From the NCBI RefSeq assembly GCF_963921235.1, contig NC_086097.1:112470001-112534000 (forward strand): a DNA stretch of 64,000 nucleotides, written 5' to 3'. Source of the DNA: Mobula hypostoma (taxonomy: Eukaryota). Made by a program: the position numbers and the translations under genes. A model generated the notes under the pieces. That model was not told where the DNA came from, did no database searches, and saw only the letters and a list, made by a program, of their open reading frames with translations. The number at the start of each line of letters is the position of its first letter. Positions within the stretch are counted from its first letter, which is position 1. Shown here in pieces: positions 11,197 to 24,204 of this stretch.

Positions 11197-14100
11197 GTGC
11201 CCTCTGGTCCCAGACTCTCCCTCTATTGGAAGCATCCTCTCCACGTCCTCCTATTGAAACATTTCATTTTTGAATCCAGTCTACCAAGTCAATATGAACT
11301 GAAATAATTATAACAGCTAGAACATACAATGCTTCTGAAGTGCTAAACATTATTTTTGAGATCTTAATAAGTTGTATGAATTATTAGAGCTCTCCCAGAA
11401 TATACAAGTACTTTTTTTATGCAGGTTCAATGGTGCATGAGAATTGGGTTTAAGCTGAGTCTCGGGCACTCCAAGGATTGGGGTCCTGATGAGTTTCAGG
11501 GGACAAGTGAATTGCTGCATAGCTGAGTTTCAGTGGAACTCAGAGATTATCGCTTATGAAGCAACTGGACTTTGCACTATTCAGATAAAAATGTAGATGT
11601 GACTGTGGATGAAGTCCCAAGATGAATTGCCCAGCATCTTGTTAAATACCTGCCTGTTATATGCTCTGCATAGTCTTTTAGTGAGCAAAGATTAGTTATT
11701 ATCCCCCCTTTGCACATGTAATTTCTTATACAGTGGTCTGTGGGAGTTAGAATCAAAAACACTGCAAATGAGTAATTTTCAAACAGATCTTCTATAAATG
11801 ATATTATAGCACAAATATTCAGATGATATTTCACTTACAGTATTACTAACTCTAGAAATAAATAGCAGTTACCTTTGCCAATTTGGAATTATCATCAAAC
11901 TTATGCAGCTTATGTACAGATTCAAACAGCTGTAACTGGGATCTCTAAGGAATTACCCTTTCTCGTTCTTTCATGACCACTGTGTATTAGCAGTTCACAT
12001 GTACAGCGGGCTTGTTACAATTTACAAAGCACAGAACTGCTTATTAACAATCAATTCTGTGTTTGTTTGTATGATTTCCTCAGACAGGAACTCCCGGAGA
12101 TTATGGAGGGGGTCTCGTTGGAACCCTTGTTATGACTTGGTTCCATCATTGGGGATTGCAGATCATAGAGCCTAGTCCACTAGCAACGCTACACTTCTCT
12201 TTCTTCCAAATCATAATCTTCCATTCATCCCTTCCCTCCATTTTCTTGCTTCCCCTTTCACCATTTTCTACCCTAATCCAGCCTTCCCCCTTATTTTTCC
12301 CCTTCCCTCAATGTCAGCGTGTATGACTGCTGGGGAGAGATCTCTTTACCAAGATTGGCTTATCTTCCAGCTGGCAGCACACAAGTGAGGTAGCAGCTGT
12401 AAGGTAAGGCAGAAGCTAGTATCTATGAACATGCAAATTTCTCTCTACTCCTTCAATAGGATGTCCCAATTTAGCAATTTTTTGGGGTTAACACACCCAG
12501 TATACTACTAGGACAAATTATCACTCACTTACTGCACTAGAAATGGGTGAAAACCAATTTGTAAGCTTATCAATGTAAAATCAAGTCCCTAAAAGTTGAC
12601 TTTAGCCCACTTCTAGTGCACTAAATGGCAACCTTTCAGCCCCAACATCAAATCAGCTGTCATCTGTAAATAGCAACACCTTCACTTTGAGAAATTGTTT
12701 TTGTTATTTTACCATAATGTTAGAAGTACAGTCGATTTGCATGTTCACTGAGGGCTGTTTCCATGGAGATGGTGGAAAATACATGGAGGGAAGGCAAGCA
12801 ATGAGGAGAATGGGAATAGACAGAGTAAATTGGAAGGAAGGTTAAACATTAAAGTTTAATCACCTCTCCCAGATTATGGAGGGGTTTAGTTAGAACTTGC
12901 AGTATGTTATGACTATACCAAATGTCATCATCATTGGGGATCACAGATTATAGGGTCTAGTCCACTGATATGCATTTCAAATATTGTAAATGCTGCTTGT
13001 ATGCTGAGGATATCACATTAAAAATAAATGTTGAACATAAGTGAATATAAAAAAGAAATCCTAACAGCAATCATTTAATTTGTATATGGATCTGGATATT
13101 CTACATGATGTACTCTGTGCTGGACCATCTCTTGACATTGAAGTTGGCCTCTTGATCGGTAATCTGTCCACAAGTGCATTCCACACATTAATGCCGTTAA
13201 ATTCATGAAAAGCTGCAGGGAAATGGTGCTAGCATAAGATTCACTGGAGATAGGATGTGTTTGGTCTCCTTTTCTGCATTTCTTCAGCAAAAAATGAATG
13301 CAAATGTATGAAATGCTTTCTTTTGTGCCAGTTACGCATGTAACTAAAGCACAGATGGATTTTTCTAATCCAATACCTGGGTGATTGTACTGTCACAGGG
13401 GTATTTCCATGTTGCTGTAAGTATTGCTGCTAGAGTTGTGTAAAGTACATACTTCTGCTAATAAGGTTGCAATTTGCTATAATAGTGCAGATCTAAAGTT
13501 TAATGTTACATGTAACAAGTTCAATAAGTCTGTGGTTCACACACGGTAAAATTCAATTTGTCCATCATATTGGGTGCATGAAAACTATCTCTGCATCTGA
13601 ATGTGTTGTACTGAGTCTGCGGCTTCAGCGCAATGAGAGTGGACATTTCCAGGAGCCTTGCTGACGATGTTTAGAATTTCAAAGGGGAATAGATACTTCT
13701 GTTACTTCATGTCAAAAAATCTGCTTTAAAACTTAATTTGATGAAAAAGCAGTTTTTCCATAACTGTTGTTAGGCAGTTTAGTGACATACTCCCTTTATA
13801 AGGATGAACACTCTGTAGTCTATGCACAAATTAGGAAATACATCCTACAATGGCCTTGAAGCCCTTAATATAATTTGGTGATAATAAAAATTAACTATAA
13901 TATATTCAATGTAAAATCAGGCAATAAGCAAAGCATATATTATAAGATTATGTGCAGGTGTGCTTATATACAACACAGAAACATACCTAGTGAAACTTTT
14001 CTCTCAATTATTACTTATATTCTCTAGCAACACCCTTTGTATAAAAATGACTGCAATTGACACAACATGGTTTCCTGCCCATTCACATGCAAGGAATTAT

Positions 14101-15272
14101 TTGGAGCAAACTTTCTACTCTAAATCTAATTTATATCAGATCTAGACAAATGATTATGTTTACAATATCTGCTCCTTTTAAAAGAGTGGGGGGGAAACTA
14201 AAAAACTAAAAATGTAATTCCAGAATAAATTGTTCTGGACAATTGAAACCAGAGGAAATCTATTGCAGTTGTGTTTATTTCTGCAGAAGAAAAGCCCAAT
14301 AAGGCTCCTCCACAAAAATAATGCTATTTCTGATTACAAACCTTCATAAAGATCAGTTCCTTCTTCTCCATTGTCTGGGAAGAAAGCAACAGGGAAGAAA
14401 ATCAGGAATAAACGAAAATGCATGCAAGAAAAATGGAATTTCAACAAATAATATTTCACAGGTAAAGCTGATTTCATTTTCCCCCTAAGAAACAGAAATA
14501 AAACTGGTGCTTTAAAATTAAATTGTAAGTAAGTTATTTAAAATAGTTTTTTTTGTTTGAAGTATCTTGTGTTCCTTAAGAGACTAATCCATTCTGACGC
14601 AATAATTCTGCAAAGCTTGGTCTATTCAAAAGAAATACCAATGCCATAGTTTAATTCTACATTATGTAATATTGTAAAGTAAAAGAACACTTTAGAAGTG
14701 GTAGGTTTTTCTAATTCTGAAATGTAAATAAGTATGTGGAAATAATTTGGTTATGGGTTGTCAGTAATAAATATAAAGTACTTCATAATTATATTACTGC
14801 AAACAGTATTTTACTTCTGTTATTAAGAACTCTATCATATAGCTCTATCCAAGATTAGGAAGTCTGTCAGCATATTTGATCAATATACATCAATTCTATC
14901 AAAACATCATTCAAGCTAAAAAAAAATCAGATGATGAATACCCAAAATAAAGACAGTACACACTGGGGATATTAAGTAGAGAAGCAGCTTCAATGTAAAG
15001 ATAACAGAGTTAATGTTTCAAGTCAAACTGTTAGCTTTGTTTCTGTCTTGATGGAAATTGCCTGATCAGATAAGGATCAGCATTTTTTATTTTCATTCTA
15101 ACCATTTTATAGTTTGATAAGATTTGTCTGTCACATAACTTCCAAATAAAGTTAAAGTCTTGAGCAATGAGCTCTACTTCCCCTGCATTTCAACACTGCC
15201 AGGCCTGAATCAGTTTATGCATTTCTCGCTATTTGATAAAATAATTAAGTAAGTTTGGCAAATCCAACTCAC

Positions 15273-15382
15273 TTCTCTCCAGAGTTCCTTTTGATGGAAG
15301 TTGTGGCAACTGTCGGCCCCTCCGTCCTATCATTGGTGTACTGGTTGGACTGGTTTGCACCGATCCGCTACAGGGATGTGAC
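15273..15382 (-). CDS. RIMS2: RIMS2 coding exon with PxxP RIM-BP-binding motif: (R)SHPCSGSVQTSPTSTPMIGRRGRQLPQLPSKGTLER
   Basis: 110 nt; acceptor ttgtgcag|G, donor A|gtgagt. Translation closely matches recalled mammalian RIM2 SHPRTGSVQTSPSSTPVAGRRGRQLPQLPPKGTLD/ER. Confidence 0.95.
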
Positions 15383-16134
15383 CTGCACAATTTTAAGAAT
15401 ACTGTAGTTACTTTCTGTGAGAATGTGGGGAAGAACTGCAAAGTAAGCACAGTCACCCTAGAATTTTTAAATAGGAATTGCACAAAATATCATGTGCCAA
15501 TGAAATATCAAATTACCTTACTGTATCATTCTTTGAAGAATTTTAACCAATGTGTGAAAATTTTTTTACTACGCAGAAAACTATACCCCAAACACAATAT
15601 GCCAGCAAACTCATAATACGTGAAAAATAAACAAAAAAATGTATGTTAAGGATTTCTGCAATCTGCATCAAATTGGTTGGTTCATAGTTAGCGATTTATA
15701 ACCCTTCCAAGACTAAAATAAAGATTAGTTATAAAAGTAACACTTCCGAGTTTATTATATTATGCACAGAAAATATTATTTGGCTCCCCTATTGTATAAT
15801 TCTTTAATTGTTAGAAGTGAAATCAAGTAATTTTCACAATTTTTGATATTTTAGAGATTCAATATTCCAAAGGTCAAAGAGTTAATAGTGAAGCTTAATA
15901 ACTAATAGCAGAACTAGATGGGATGAACACAATATCATTCTCTAATCTATGCCCTAGTAATTAGGTCTTTTTGGACATTATTGTGCATAAAAGCCATCCT
16001 CTGCACACTACAGCAAACTTGCGATTATTTCCAAGTGGATTGACAATAATCACGAAATTGGCCAAGGCACTTTGGGATGTGATTTACCTTAGTACGTCGG
16101 ATGTTTGCTAGTCATCACACATCACAAATACTAT

Positions 16135-16310
16135 TCCAAAGGAACCAGAAAAGCTGGAAGAACTTATCTAGTCAAGCAGCATCGGTGAAAAGTGAAACCA
16201 GTCAATGTTTCAGACCTGAGGAAGGTTTATTGACCCAAATTTTTAACTAGTTTCTCCTTCCACTGATGCTGATTGACCAGCTGAGTTCTTCAGGCATTTC
16301 TGTGTTTCTT
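16135..16310. mobile_element. Palindromic element built from two Penelope-like termini
   Basis: gctggaagaactt..gtcaagcagcatc is inverted to gatgctgattgaccagctgagttcttcaggc; central ctgaggaagg..gacccaaa hammerhead remnant. Confidence 0.55.
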
Positions 16311-17182
16311 TTCCACTTTAAATTATGTTGTCTGATGTACATCGGACATATCTGTAGTTGAAAACAAAAACTACCAGGCAAAGGTGTTGACTGTAAACTG
16401 CAATTGTCAGTTATACCAGAACAAGGATTACATCCTACAGTGTCACCAAAGTGATGCAAACTACACGGCTCCCATTGGGACCTTGATATTTTGACAGCAT
16501 CCCTGCCAGACTAATTTTTCTTTGCTTTACAATCATCCCTGACAAAGACTATTGTGTCTCTATAGGATGCGCAACAGTGAAAAATGCCCCTTGGGTTTGG
16601 AGTTTGGGGCCTCACTTAGATTGTTTAGAAAGCATTCCCATTCTAAGTCTCAAAAATGCTTGTAGCAGTAATTATATTATATAGCTGTATAAAAAGGGTC
16701 TTTTCTCAGGTAGGAAATCGGCCTATTTTCTTAATACTGGTTATACGTTCCAAACATTATGATTACAAGGTGCACGTAATCACATGATCAACATATAGTA
16801 AAAATTGCTACATTAATATTATTTGTACTGCAGGTGGCGAGTGGATTAAAGATTGCATCCGATTCCTTTTAATGATCTTTGAGCTGTAAAAGAAAGGCGA
16901 GATCATCACCAAATGTTTAATGCAGCAGATTTTCCAGGCTTCTTTAACATAACTGATGCTGAAAAAGAATGTTGATGAACAAAATACATGATGGCCACAC
17001 CATTATATCCATGCAAGGATATAAGTGCTGTGTTTATTGCTACAGGGAGGAGAGGACTGAGGGCTTCTATGACTATTCTATGATGAAGGGGAGGAGGGTC
17101 GTCACTCGGCTACAGAAAAATAAAGGGTGAGTTTGCATGGTGGCAGGGTGATTAGTCCAGCAGTTTGATGTATCTCTTTCAC

Positions 17183-17362
17183 CTCGTTAGTGCAGGTGAG
17201 GGAGGGGCAGATCTTCCAGATGTTAGTGAAGGCATCGATCTCATGACGTTTGATCCGGCACGTTCAGAGGATCTGGAGCGGGAGTTCATCCGCTCGAGCA
17301 CAGGCCGTTGCTCTGATGATCTGGATCTTTGATATTCCTGTCTATCGGATGGCTCGCGGTTC
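17183..17362 (-). CDS. RIMS2: RIMS2 coding exon: NREPSDRQEYQRSRSSEQRPVLERMNSRSRSSERAGSNVMRSMPSLTSGRSAPPSPALT(R)
   Basis: 180 nt, phase 2-2; acceptor cattacag|G, donor AG|gtgaaa. Matches recalled RIM2 DRQPYHRSRSTEQRPLLERTTTRSRSTERPDTNLMRSMPSLMTGRSAPPSPALSR and splices in frame to 15382. Confidence 0.95.
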
Positions 17363-18330
17363 CTGTAATGTCAGTCAGAAAGCCACTCAGTTGAACTTTA
17401 ACCTTTCAAAATTAATGTTTATGACATGACTGTGTACTCCTGGCTTGATTCAAAGTCAGAATTATTTAACTGACTTTGTACATACTTGAGATAGAGACAA
17501 GAACCACTATTATAGTGGACGCGTCATTAATACTCAGTAAATGTCTCTGGCTGGAGTTTAAGATGCTATTCTGAAATAACATCCTCCAATCAATGAAAAA
17601 TGTTTTTAAGTTCTCCATGGTTAACGCAGGTTATATAGTTTGTCAGAAGTTCACACCTGTGGTGGAAAGAAAATGAGTCAAGCAAAATAGATTGGTCCCT
17701 CTTCACAAATTGCACGTGAGCTCCAAATGCTGATCTAAATTCAGTTCAAGACACTATCATATAATTCAGACATAATGAATAAAATACTTGAAGTAATCAT
17801 GAACATTCAAATATGAGAGCTTTATGCTATTTGATTCATCTTGCAAACTTCGCTCCAAAGTACAGACTCTATACACACACAATGCATTTTCTGAGCACCA
17901 AATTCTCCAAATTAACTGCTACTACCTCATGATATCATACTTGCCCTTTGTACATTACTTCAAGACACATTTATTGAAACACCAAACAAAACAATGTTTT
18001 TAATAAATTTAAATAATATATGGGTATTTTAATAGCTTAGCAATTCACATACTCCCAACTGCCATAATAACTTAGGATTTTACTGATTCATTTAAGTAAT
18101 TAAAACATTCTTCAGCTATTGAGAATTTGTATTTCAAGGACTAAAATAAATGATGCAGTATTAGCAAATGCTCCTTTACATAGATTCCCACTCAGAGCTG
18201 GCTTTGTTTATTTAGTTGAAGATATTGAAAGCAAAGAGCTAACACGTATAGTTTAACATGGTGCTGAATACTGGTAGCTCAGGTTGAGGCTTTTGATGTT
18301 GTGGTGTTTGCTGATCTTGGCAATTAGCTT

Positions 18331-18372
18331 TCAGACGTTTCATCACCAGTCAAAGCAACATCCTCAGTGCGC
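18331..18372 (-). ncRNA. Minimal type I hammerhead ribozyme motif with intact core
   Basis: Minus strand reads gcgca CUGAGGA uguugcu uugacu ggugau GAAA C GUC uga: CUGANGA and GAAA boxes, wobble-rich stem II, palindromic ACGU stem III, GUC cleavage triplet. Confidence 0.55.
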
Positions 18373-18539
18373 AGTTGCTGGTGTTTCTCTCTGGGAGTAT
18401 GGGCCCCCATTTGCTTGCTTCAGTCTTGCTTGATTGGCTCCCCTTAAAGCTCAGCTGAAGGTGTAGTCGATCAGGAGCAAGGCAAATGAACAGGGGCCTA
18501 TATACACGTGATCACTCCCAGAGAGAAACACCAACCACT

Positions 18540-18582
18540 GCGTACCGAGGACGTCACCTCAATTGGTGATGAAACATCTGCA
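18540..18582 (+). ncRNA. Degenerate minimal hammerhead motif (other arm)
   Basis: gcgta CCGAGGA c gtcacc tcaatt ggtgat GAAA CATC tgca: better stem II, but a core U-to-C change and GUC changed to AUC. Confidence 0.45.
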
Positions 18583-20075
18583 AGCTAATTGCAAGATCAG
18601 CAAACACCACAACACCATACACGTATAGTATCCAAAGTGAACAGGAAGAAAATTCAGTGATGGAATTATACCATTTTTCAGTCAGTTCCAATCAATTTTG
18701 TGAGAGCTCAAATTGGAATGTGGCTGTGGGGCAACACGAGGGGCTTCCTGTCTCTGTGAGGACAAATTTGCAAGCTGGAGTTGCACCCTCAGAACACTTG
18801 GCTATATTGCCTTGATAGACACATTCAGACTTCAGGTAATTCCATCAGAGCTGCCAACTTACCATTCTCTTCACATACAAATTATAAAGTACAAAGAAGT
18901 AATAGAACTTGATATGTGGCTTGTCAGCAGTGATAGTTACAATGTGCTCAATGAATACTGTAGATATGTTGTTCAGTCTATCACTTTTCAATTTTACCAG
19001 TAGGAAATTAAATTGTGCTGTGCTCATAAGATTCAAGCTTGTTTATTGTCATTCTTCAGTACATGAGTGTATAAAGGAGAATGAAATAATTGTTTTCCAG
19101 ATCAGATGCAGTATAAGAAATACACAATAAGCATAAAAGCACAAAATATTTAAATATAAAAACAATCCTATAAAACACAATGTACAAGTAACAGTTGAAT
19201 ATGGCCACACAATACTCTCAAACACATAAATTTATTGTATGTACATAAAATAACAATAGATATAGGAGTATCTGAACAGCAGGTGACTCTGACAGGTAAG
19301 GATAAAGTGATAAAGTGACTCTGCTTTAAAGTAAAGGTTGGCTGCTTCAACTTTTTCCCAGCCATAGCACAGTCAAGCTCTTTATAAGTGATTCTTCAGC
19401 AGTCACAGTAACTCCTGCATAACTCCAAATCAGTAACATATTAAATTTAAAATATACTAATATGGAGTCCTTTCGTCACCTGGAGAATTTGAAGTCCTCA
19501 TGAGAATCATTTAAGTATTTCACAGTAGCGTTGCAAGGAAATAGACTTATAAAATAGTCAGTAATTCAAAACTCAAAAAGGCACATGATATCACCTACTG
19601 AGCAGTTGTCCAGTTCCAAGAAGCAAAAGATGCTGTTACGAGTGACAATTTTCCAGAGAGGAGGGTAGAAGGGAATATGAGTTAAGTGGACATATTTACA
19701 AAATGTGAAAGTGTGAATCTGGCTCATTCTGTTCATAATAGATATTTTAAATGACAAGATCCCATTTCTAGAATCTTTAGTTTCTTTCTTCTTGTAGTAG
19801 ACAATTAGTCAGTTTCTTGTGCTGAGAAAGCCTGGTAATGGTTTAAGTAATGGTTGCTACCATGGGATGCTGCAGATTTCAATAAACCCTAAAGCCCAAG
19901 GAGTCAGAGAGAGCTGAAAGTATATTGTACATTTTGGTGATTGACATAGTACCACTCCTATTTCAGTGAGGAGAAAAGGCTGGCTACAACAAGTTGTGGA
20001 TTAGGACCTGGGATGGACTGTGACTGGGAGGAGATGGAGAGATCTAAAAGAATTGTATCCAAGGCAGGGGACAGC

Positions 20076-20298
20076 TGTTATGTCTTGTAACTTCAAAATA
20101 TTAAACAAATTCTAAGGAAAACATGCGAGTCTGAAATGCGGGTCTAACTTCAGATTTACTTTAAGTGAGGTGTACACATATCACATTGTAGCACAATGAC
20201 ATATGCTACATTTTCTTACTATTAAAGAACAAGAATACTTAATCAATATATACTGTATACTGTAACCCAAATATTACTAAAATATCAAATACACAACA
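20076..20298 (-). mobile_element. Solo LTR
   Basis: TG...CA termini (tgttatg...cacaaca), 223 bp, perfect 5-bp TSD ACAGC (20071-20075 and 20299-20303). Confidence 0.8.
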
Positions 20299-20679
20299 AC
20301 AGCGATTTGATAATTAGTTAGGAGGTTGTGGTGGGGCAAGTGAGTGAAATTGGAGCCTGAGGGGACAACAGGGAGAACAGTTGATGGAAGGTGCATAGTG
20401 GACTCAAAGATATTAGAGGATAATGGTCTGGTCCTTGAGATGTTGGGGCTGCCAGATGACTACCAGTGTTCGAAAACATAAGCACGTTCAAAATGCTGGA
20501 GTAACTCAGCATGTCAGGCAGCATCTATGAAGAGGAACAAATAGTTGACATTTTGGCAGAGAATTTTCATCAAGACTATATAGGTAGGTGGAAGGTGGGG
20601 AACAGGAAGGAGTAGAAACTGGCAGGCATTTGAGGCCATTGTGTGGCGAGGGAGTAGGTGGTTAAGAAAGAGACATTGA

Positions 20680-20885
20680 TAAGACCATAAGACATAGAGG
20701 CAGAAAAGTCTATTCCACAATTTAATTAGTTGATTTATTAGCCTTCTCAATCCCATTCTCCTGTTACTCCCTGTAACCTGTGAGACCACTACTAATTATG
20801 AGCCTATCAATCCCAGTTTTAAATATACCCAATGACTTGGCCACCATAGCTGTCTGTGGCAATGAATTCCACAGATTCACCAAGA
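20680..20885 (-). mobile_element. CR1 3' fragment
   Basis: ataagaccataagacatag tail and aatgaattccacagattcacc (reverse of RVVNLWNSL). Confidence 0.65.
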
Positions 20886-22049
20886 GAATCCATTTCAGTC
20901 TCATTCTATATCTGCATCAGAATGAGTAACATTTACATATTACCATCGGATCTCCTTGCCTGCTAATGGTCTGGACATGCTAGCTCATCTGGAATAAACT
21001 GATTGATGCCTTTGTAAAATTACTACAAAGAAAAGCTGATCCTGATTGATATCCCCAATAATATCACAAGAAGTTAGAAGTCTGATTAAAATTATTAAAC
21101 TGAAGAGCAGGAAAGAACCTAAATATTATAAAACAGTTTGCCAAAGCCAAATGCCTTTGTGGATGCATCGTTCTCTTTTGATAACAGTTTACTATGTTGG
21201 GATCTTTCACCATATTAAATTTTCTACTATATACTTGCAAGATGTGAATGTGTATTTTAGTGTTAAATAATGCCAATTAGCTAGACCTATGTATCAAAGT
21301 TTATTCAGATGATTCAGAGCATGGCGAGGACTTTGAATGCTCAAATCCTTGAAGCATATGGAACATTTAAAACATTCTTTCTCAGTTTAATCTTAATAAT
21401 ATTTTCAATGTTAATGAAGATGACATTTACAAACCAACAAAAATATTAGACATATAATAACTGTTGCTTCTAGAGCTATACAACTCCACCCCAACTGTTT
21501 CAAAATCCGGATGTCTGACACATATAGAAACATAGAAAACTTACTGCACAGTACAGGCCCTTCAGCCCACAAAGCTGTGCCAAACATGTACTTACTTTAG
21601 AAATTAACTAGGGTTACCCATAGCCCTCTATTTTTCTAAGCTCCATGTACCAATCCAGGAGCCTTTTAAAAGACCCTATTGTATCCGCCATAGGATCTAG
21701 ATATAGATATAGTATCTAGTAGAAAAGAAGAAGGATGGTTTAGAATAGCTAATAAAGGATTTTGTTTCATTTCCACATGTATCTAGTGACTAACCATTGA
21801 TGTTGTTAACTTCAAAACCAGTTATCACAAACAACACATGGGTACCTGCAGAACTTTACTGTTAACTTTAAAGCAGATTGAGATCTTATGCAGCCTCATG
21901 AAACTATCCCCAAGTGGATATTTTGGAAGGATCTCTAGGTTTAAAAGTTATTTTCAATGATTCGTTCACTCCAACTGTACTTTGGAATGAAGTATTCTTA
22001 AATACAAGAGAGAAGAATTCTGTGAAGAATGGTAAGTCCATTACTTAAA

Positions 22050-22315
22050 CCATAAGATATGGAAGGAGAATTAGGCCATTTGGCCCATTGAGTCTGCTTT
22101 ACCATTTCATCATGGCTGATAGATTTTTCTCTCAGCCCCAGTCTCTTGCCTTCTCCCCATATCTCTTTATGCCCTGACCAATCAAGAATCTATCAACATC
22201 TACCTTAAATATACATACAAGCTTAGCCTTCACTTGCCTGTGGCACACCACACATTCACCACCCTCTGCCTAAAGAAATTCCTCCTCATCTCTGTTCTGA
22301 AAGGACGCCTCTCTA
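22050..22315 (-). mobile_element. CR1 3' fragment
   Basis: cataagatatgg..ttaggccatttggcccattgagtctgc..aagaaattcctcctcatctc. Confidence 0.65.
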
Positions 22316-23459
22316 TATCTTATACAGAGATATATTTATTCTTATTTCTTATATCCTAAATCTTATAAGTATTTGCCACATATATTTAAAATTCATGTTG
22401 AGAATGTTCCCTGCTTGTCAATTTTTGAAACTTCTATTATAAAAAACAATTGTGATCTGCATATATTCATTTTAAATAAAAAATGTATAAACTTACAGAA
22501 AGCTATGACAAACTATTTTGACAATTCTGGTTCTAGGTGACAAATATATTCTAAATATAACAAAGTAGAAATTGGTCTTCCCTGTTCCATAGAAGCTTGC
22601 ACATGCCAATATGGAAATTAGTGATTTTTAAGGTCTTTTTCCAAAAACTTGACTATCTTGAGTAAAAACGCACCTCAAGAGATTAGACTGCTGTCCAGTT
22701 AAATGAGAAATACAAGAGAACAAGTGTGGAACTGACAATCTGCCATTCATTAAAAAGTAATTCCACCTCTGTATGCTTGAAGAAAATACATTCTGGCAGT
22801 TTGAAGGAGTCCTCGTAGGAGTGTGAGTGGCAGATAAGAAAAAGCTTACCAACAAAATAGACATTATGGAAAATTGGAAGGTCTCTTTGGATGCATCAAT
22901 CTTTTCTGCATTTAAGTACATAATGTGAGAAAGAATCAATCGGTCAGTTCACTCACAGAGAAATGACACGGGATACTGACTGAGAAGAAAACTAGGATAC
23001 AATGACCAATACCAGCAACTTGCCCAAAAATAACATCATATAGAAAATATTTAAAGTTGTCTTCATGTGTAAGTCATGCTGGAAAAAAGTGTTTTATTCA
23101 TAATTTAAAGTGTTTGCATCTATTTCTGACAGAAACCTTGCCCTAAGAAGTGTGGATTTAGGCAATTCCTGTCATAATTTACTAACATAAGGAGCGATGT
23201 CATCAACTACATGACGCATGCTTCTGACTTAATGATAGAAACTGGACCAAAGGTCATGACCTACTGCCTTCATTGAAAGTTGGAAGCCATGTGTGAATTG
23301 AACGTTCCCAGCTAGGACATTGTTTTCACTTTCAGTGCAGCCACAACATTGATTTTAAAGTACTGTCTTTCACAGACAGGGAGCACATATAAAGATTGCA
23401 GTATCTACAGGATAACAGCTAAGATCTGTAATCCCCAGATATCATAAGGAGTGGCCTGA

Positions 23460-23870
23460 TTATACTTTATACTTTATTGTCGCCAAACAATTGATACTGG
23501 AACGTACAATCATCACAGCGATATTTGATTCTGTGCTTCGTGCTCCCTGGAGTACAAATCGATAGTAAATATTAACAATTTAAATTATAAATCATAAATA
23601 GAAAATAGAAAATGGAAAGTAAGGTAGTGCAAAAAAACCGAGAGGCAGGTCTGGATATTTGGAGGGTACGGCCCAGATCTGGGTCAGGATCTGTTCAGCA
23701 ACCTTATCACAGTTGGAAAGAAGCTGTTCCCAAATCTGTCTGTACAAGTCTTCAAGCTCCTGAGCCTTCTCCCGGAGGGAAGAGGGACAAAAAGTGTGTT
23801 GGCTGGGTGGGTCGTGTCCTTGATTATCCTGGCAGCACTGCTCCGACAGCGTGAGGTGTAAAGTGAGCCC
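23460..23870 (-). mobile_element. Rex1/Babar LINE 3' end
   Basis: Translates RCRSSAARIIKDTTHPANTLFVPLPSGRRLRSLKTCTDRFGNSFFPTVIRLLN, followed by a 3' UTR and aataaagt repeats. Confidence 0.75.
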
Positions 23871-24204
23871 AAGGATTATAGTACTATTTGCAGTCATGGC
23901 ATGGTAAAGGAACAAAACAATTTCTCAAAGTGAGCATATCCCAACAGAGATTTTTAGTGATACCCAACTTTGTGTTAAGGGCCACTTAGCACATCAAAAA
24001 TGCATGACCACTTTCTAGACAAAAATAGTTCTAACATTTATTTTCTGGAAACCTACTGCAAGTCCGTACAACAAAAAAACTGACAGGTAGTGAATCTGAG
24101 TAGAAGTTCCCATGGCAATTAGGTTTCCTGTCCTACCGTGGAATCTTTGCTGCTTTAGTGTTACTTCAAACTCTTTGTTAAAAACTATTGCAAACTTATC
24201 TTAG

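Larger units (their letters stand above)
18253..18618. mobile_element. Penelope-like non-autonomous element with inverted arms and an 11-bp TSD
   Basis: Arms 18297-18398 and 18514-18614 are reverse complements. ACACGTATAGT occurs at 18242-18252 and 18619-18629. Confidence 0.8.

Noticed and set aside
1..15272. Search for the next RIMS2 exons (AMDIEER.., AGGKKLRS..)
   Set aside because: Not found by eye. Donor-like sites near 5438, 11872 and 11956 give stops or the wrong phase, so the next exon probably lies outside the window.
15229..15483. 84-aa ORF taken as a standalone gene
   Set aside because: Only 15273-15382 is exonic; the rest is read-through into introns beyond clear splice sites.
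16800..16900. Strong minus-strand acceptor (gcctttcttttacag) with a short open frame
   Set aside because: No frame-preserving donor; the frame stops after about 24 codons.
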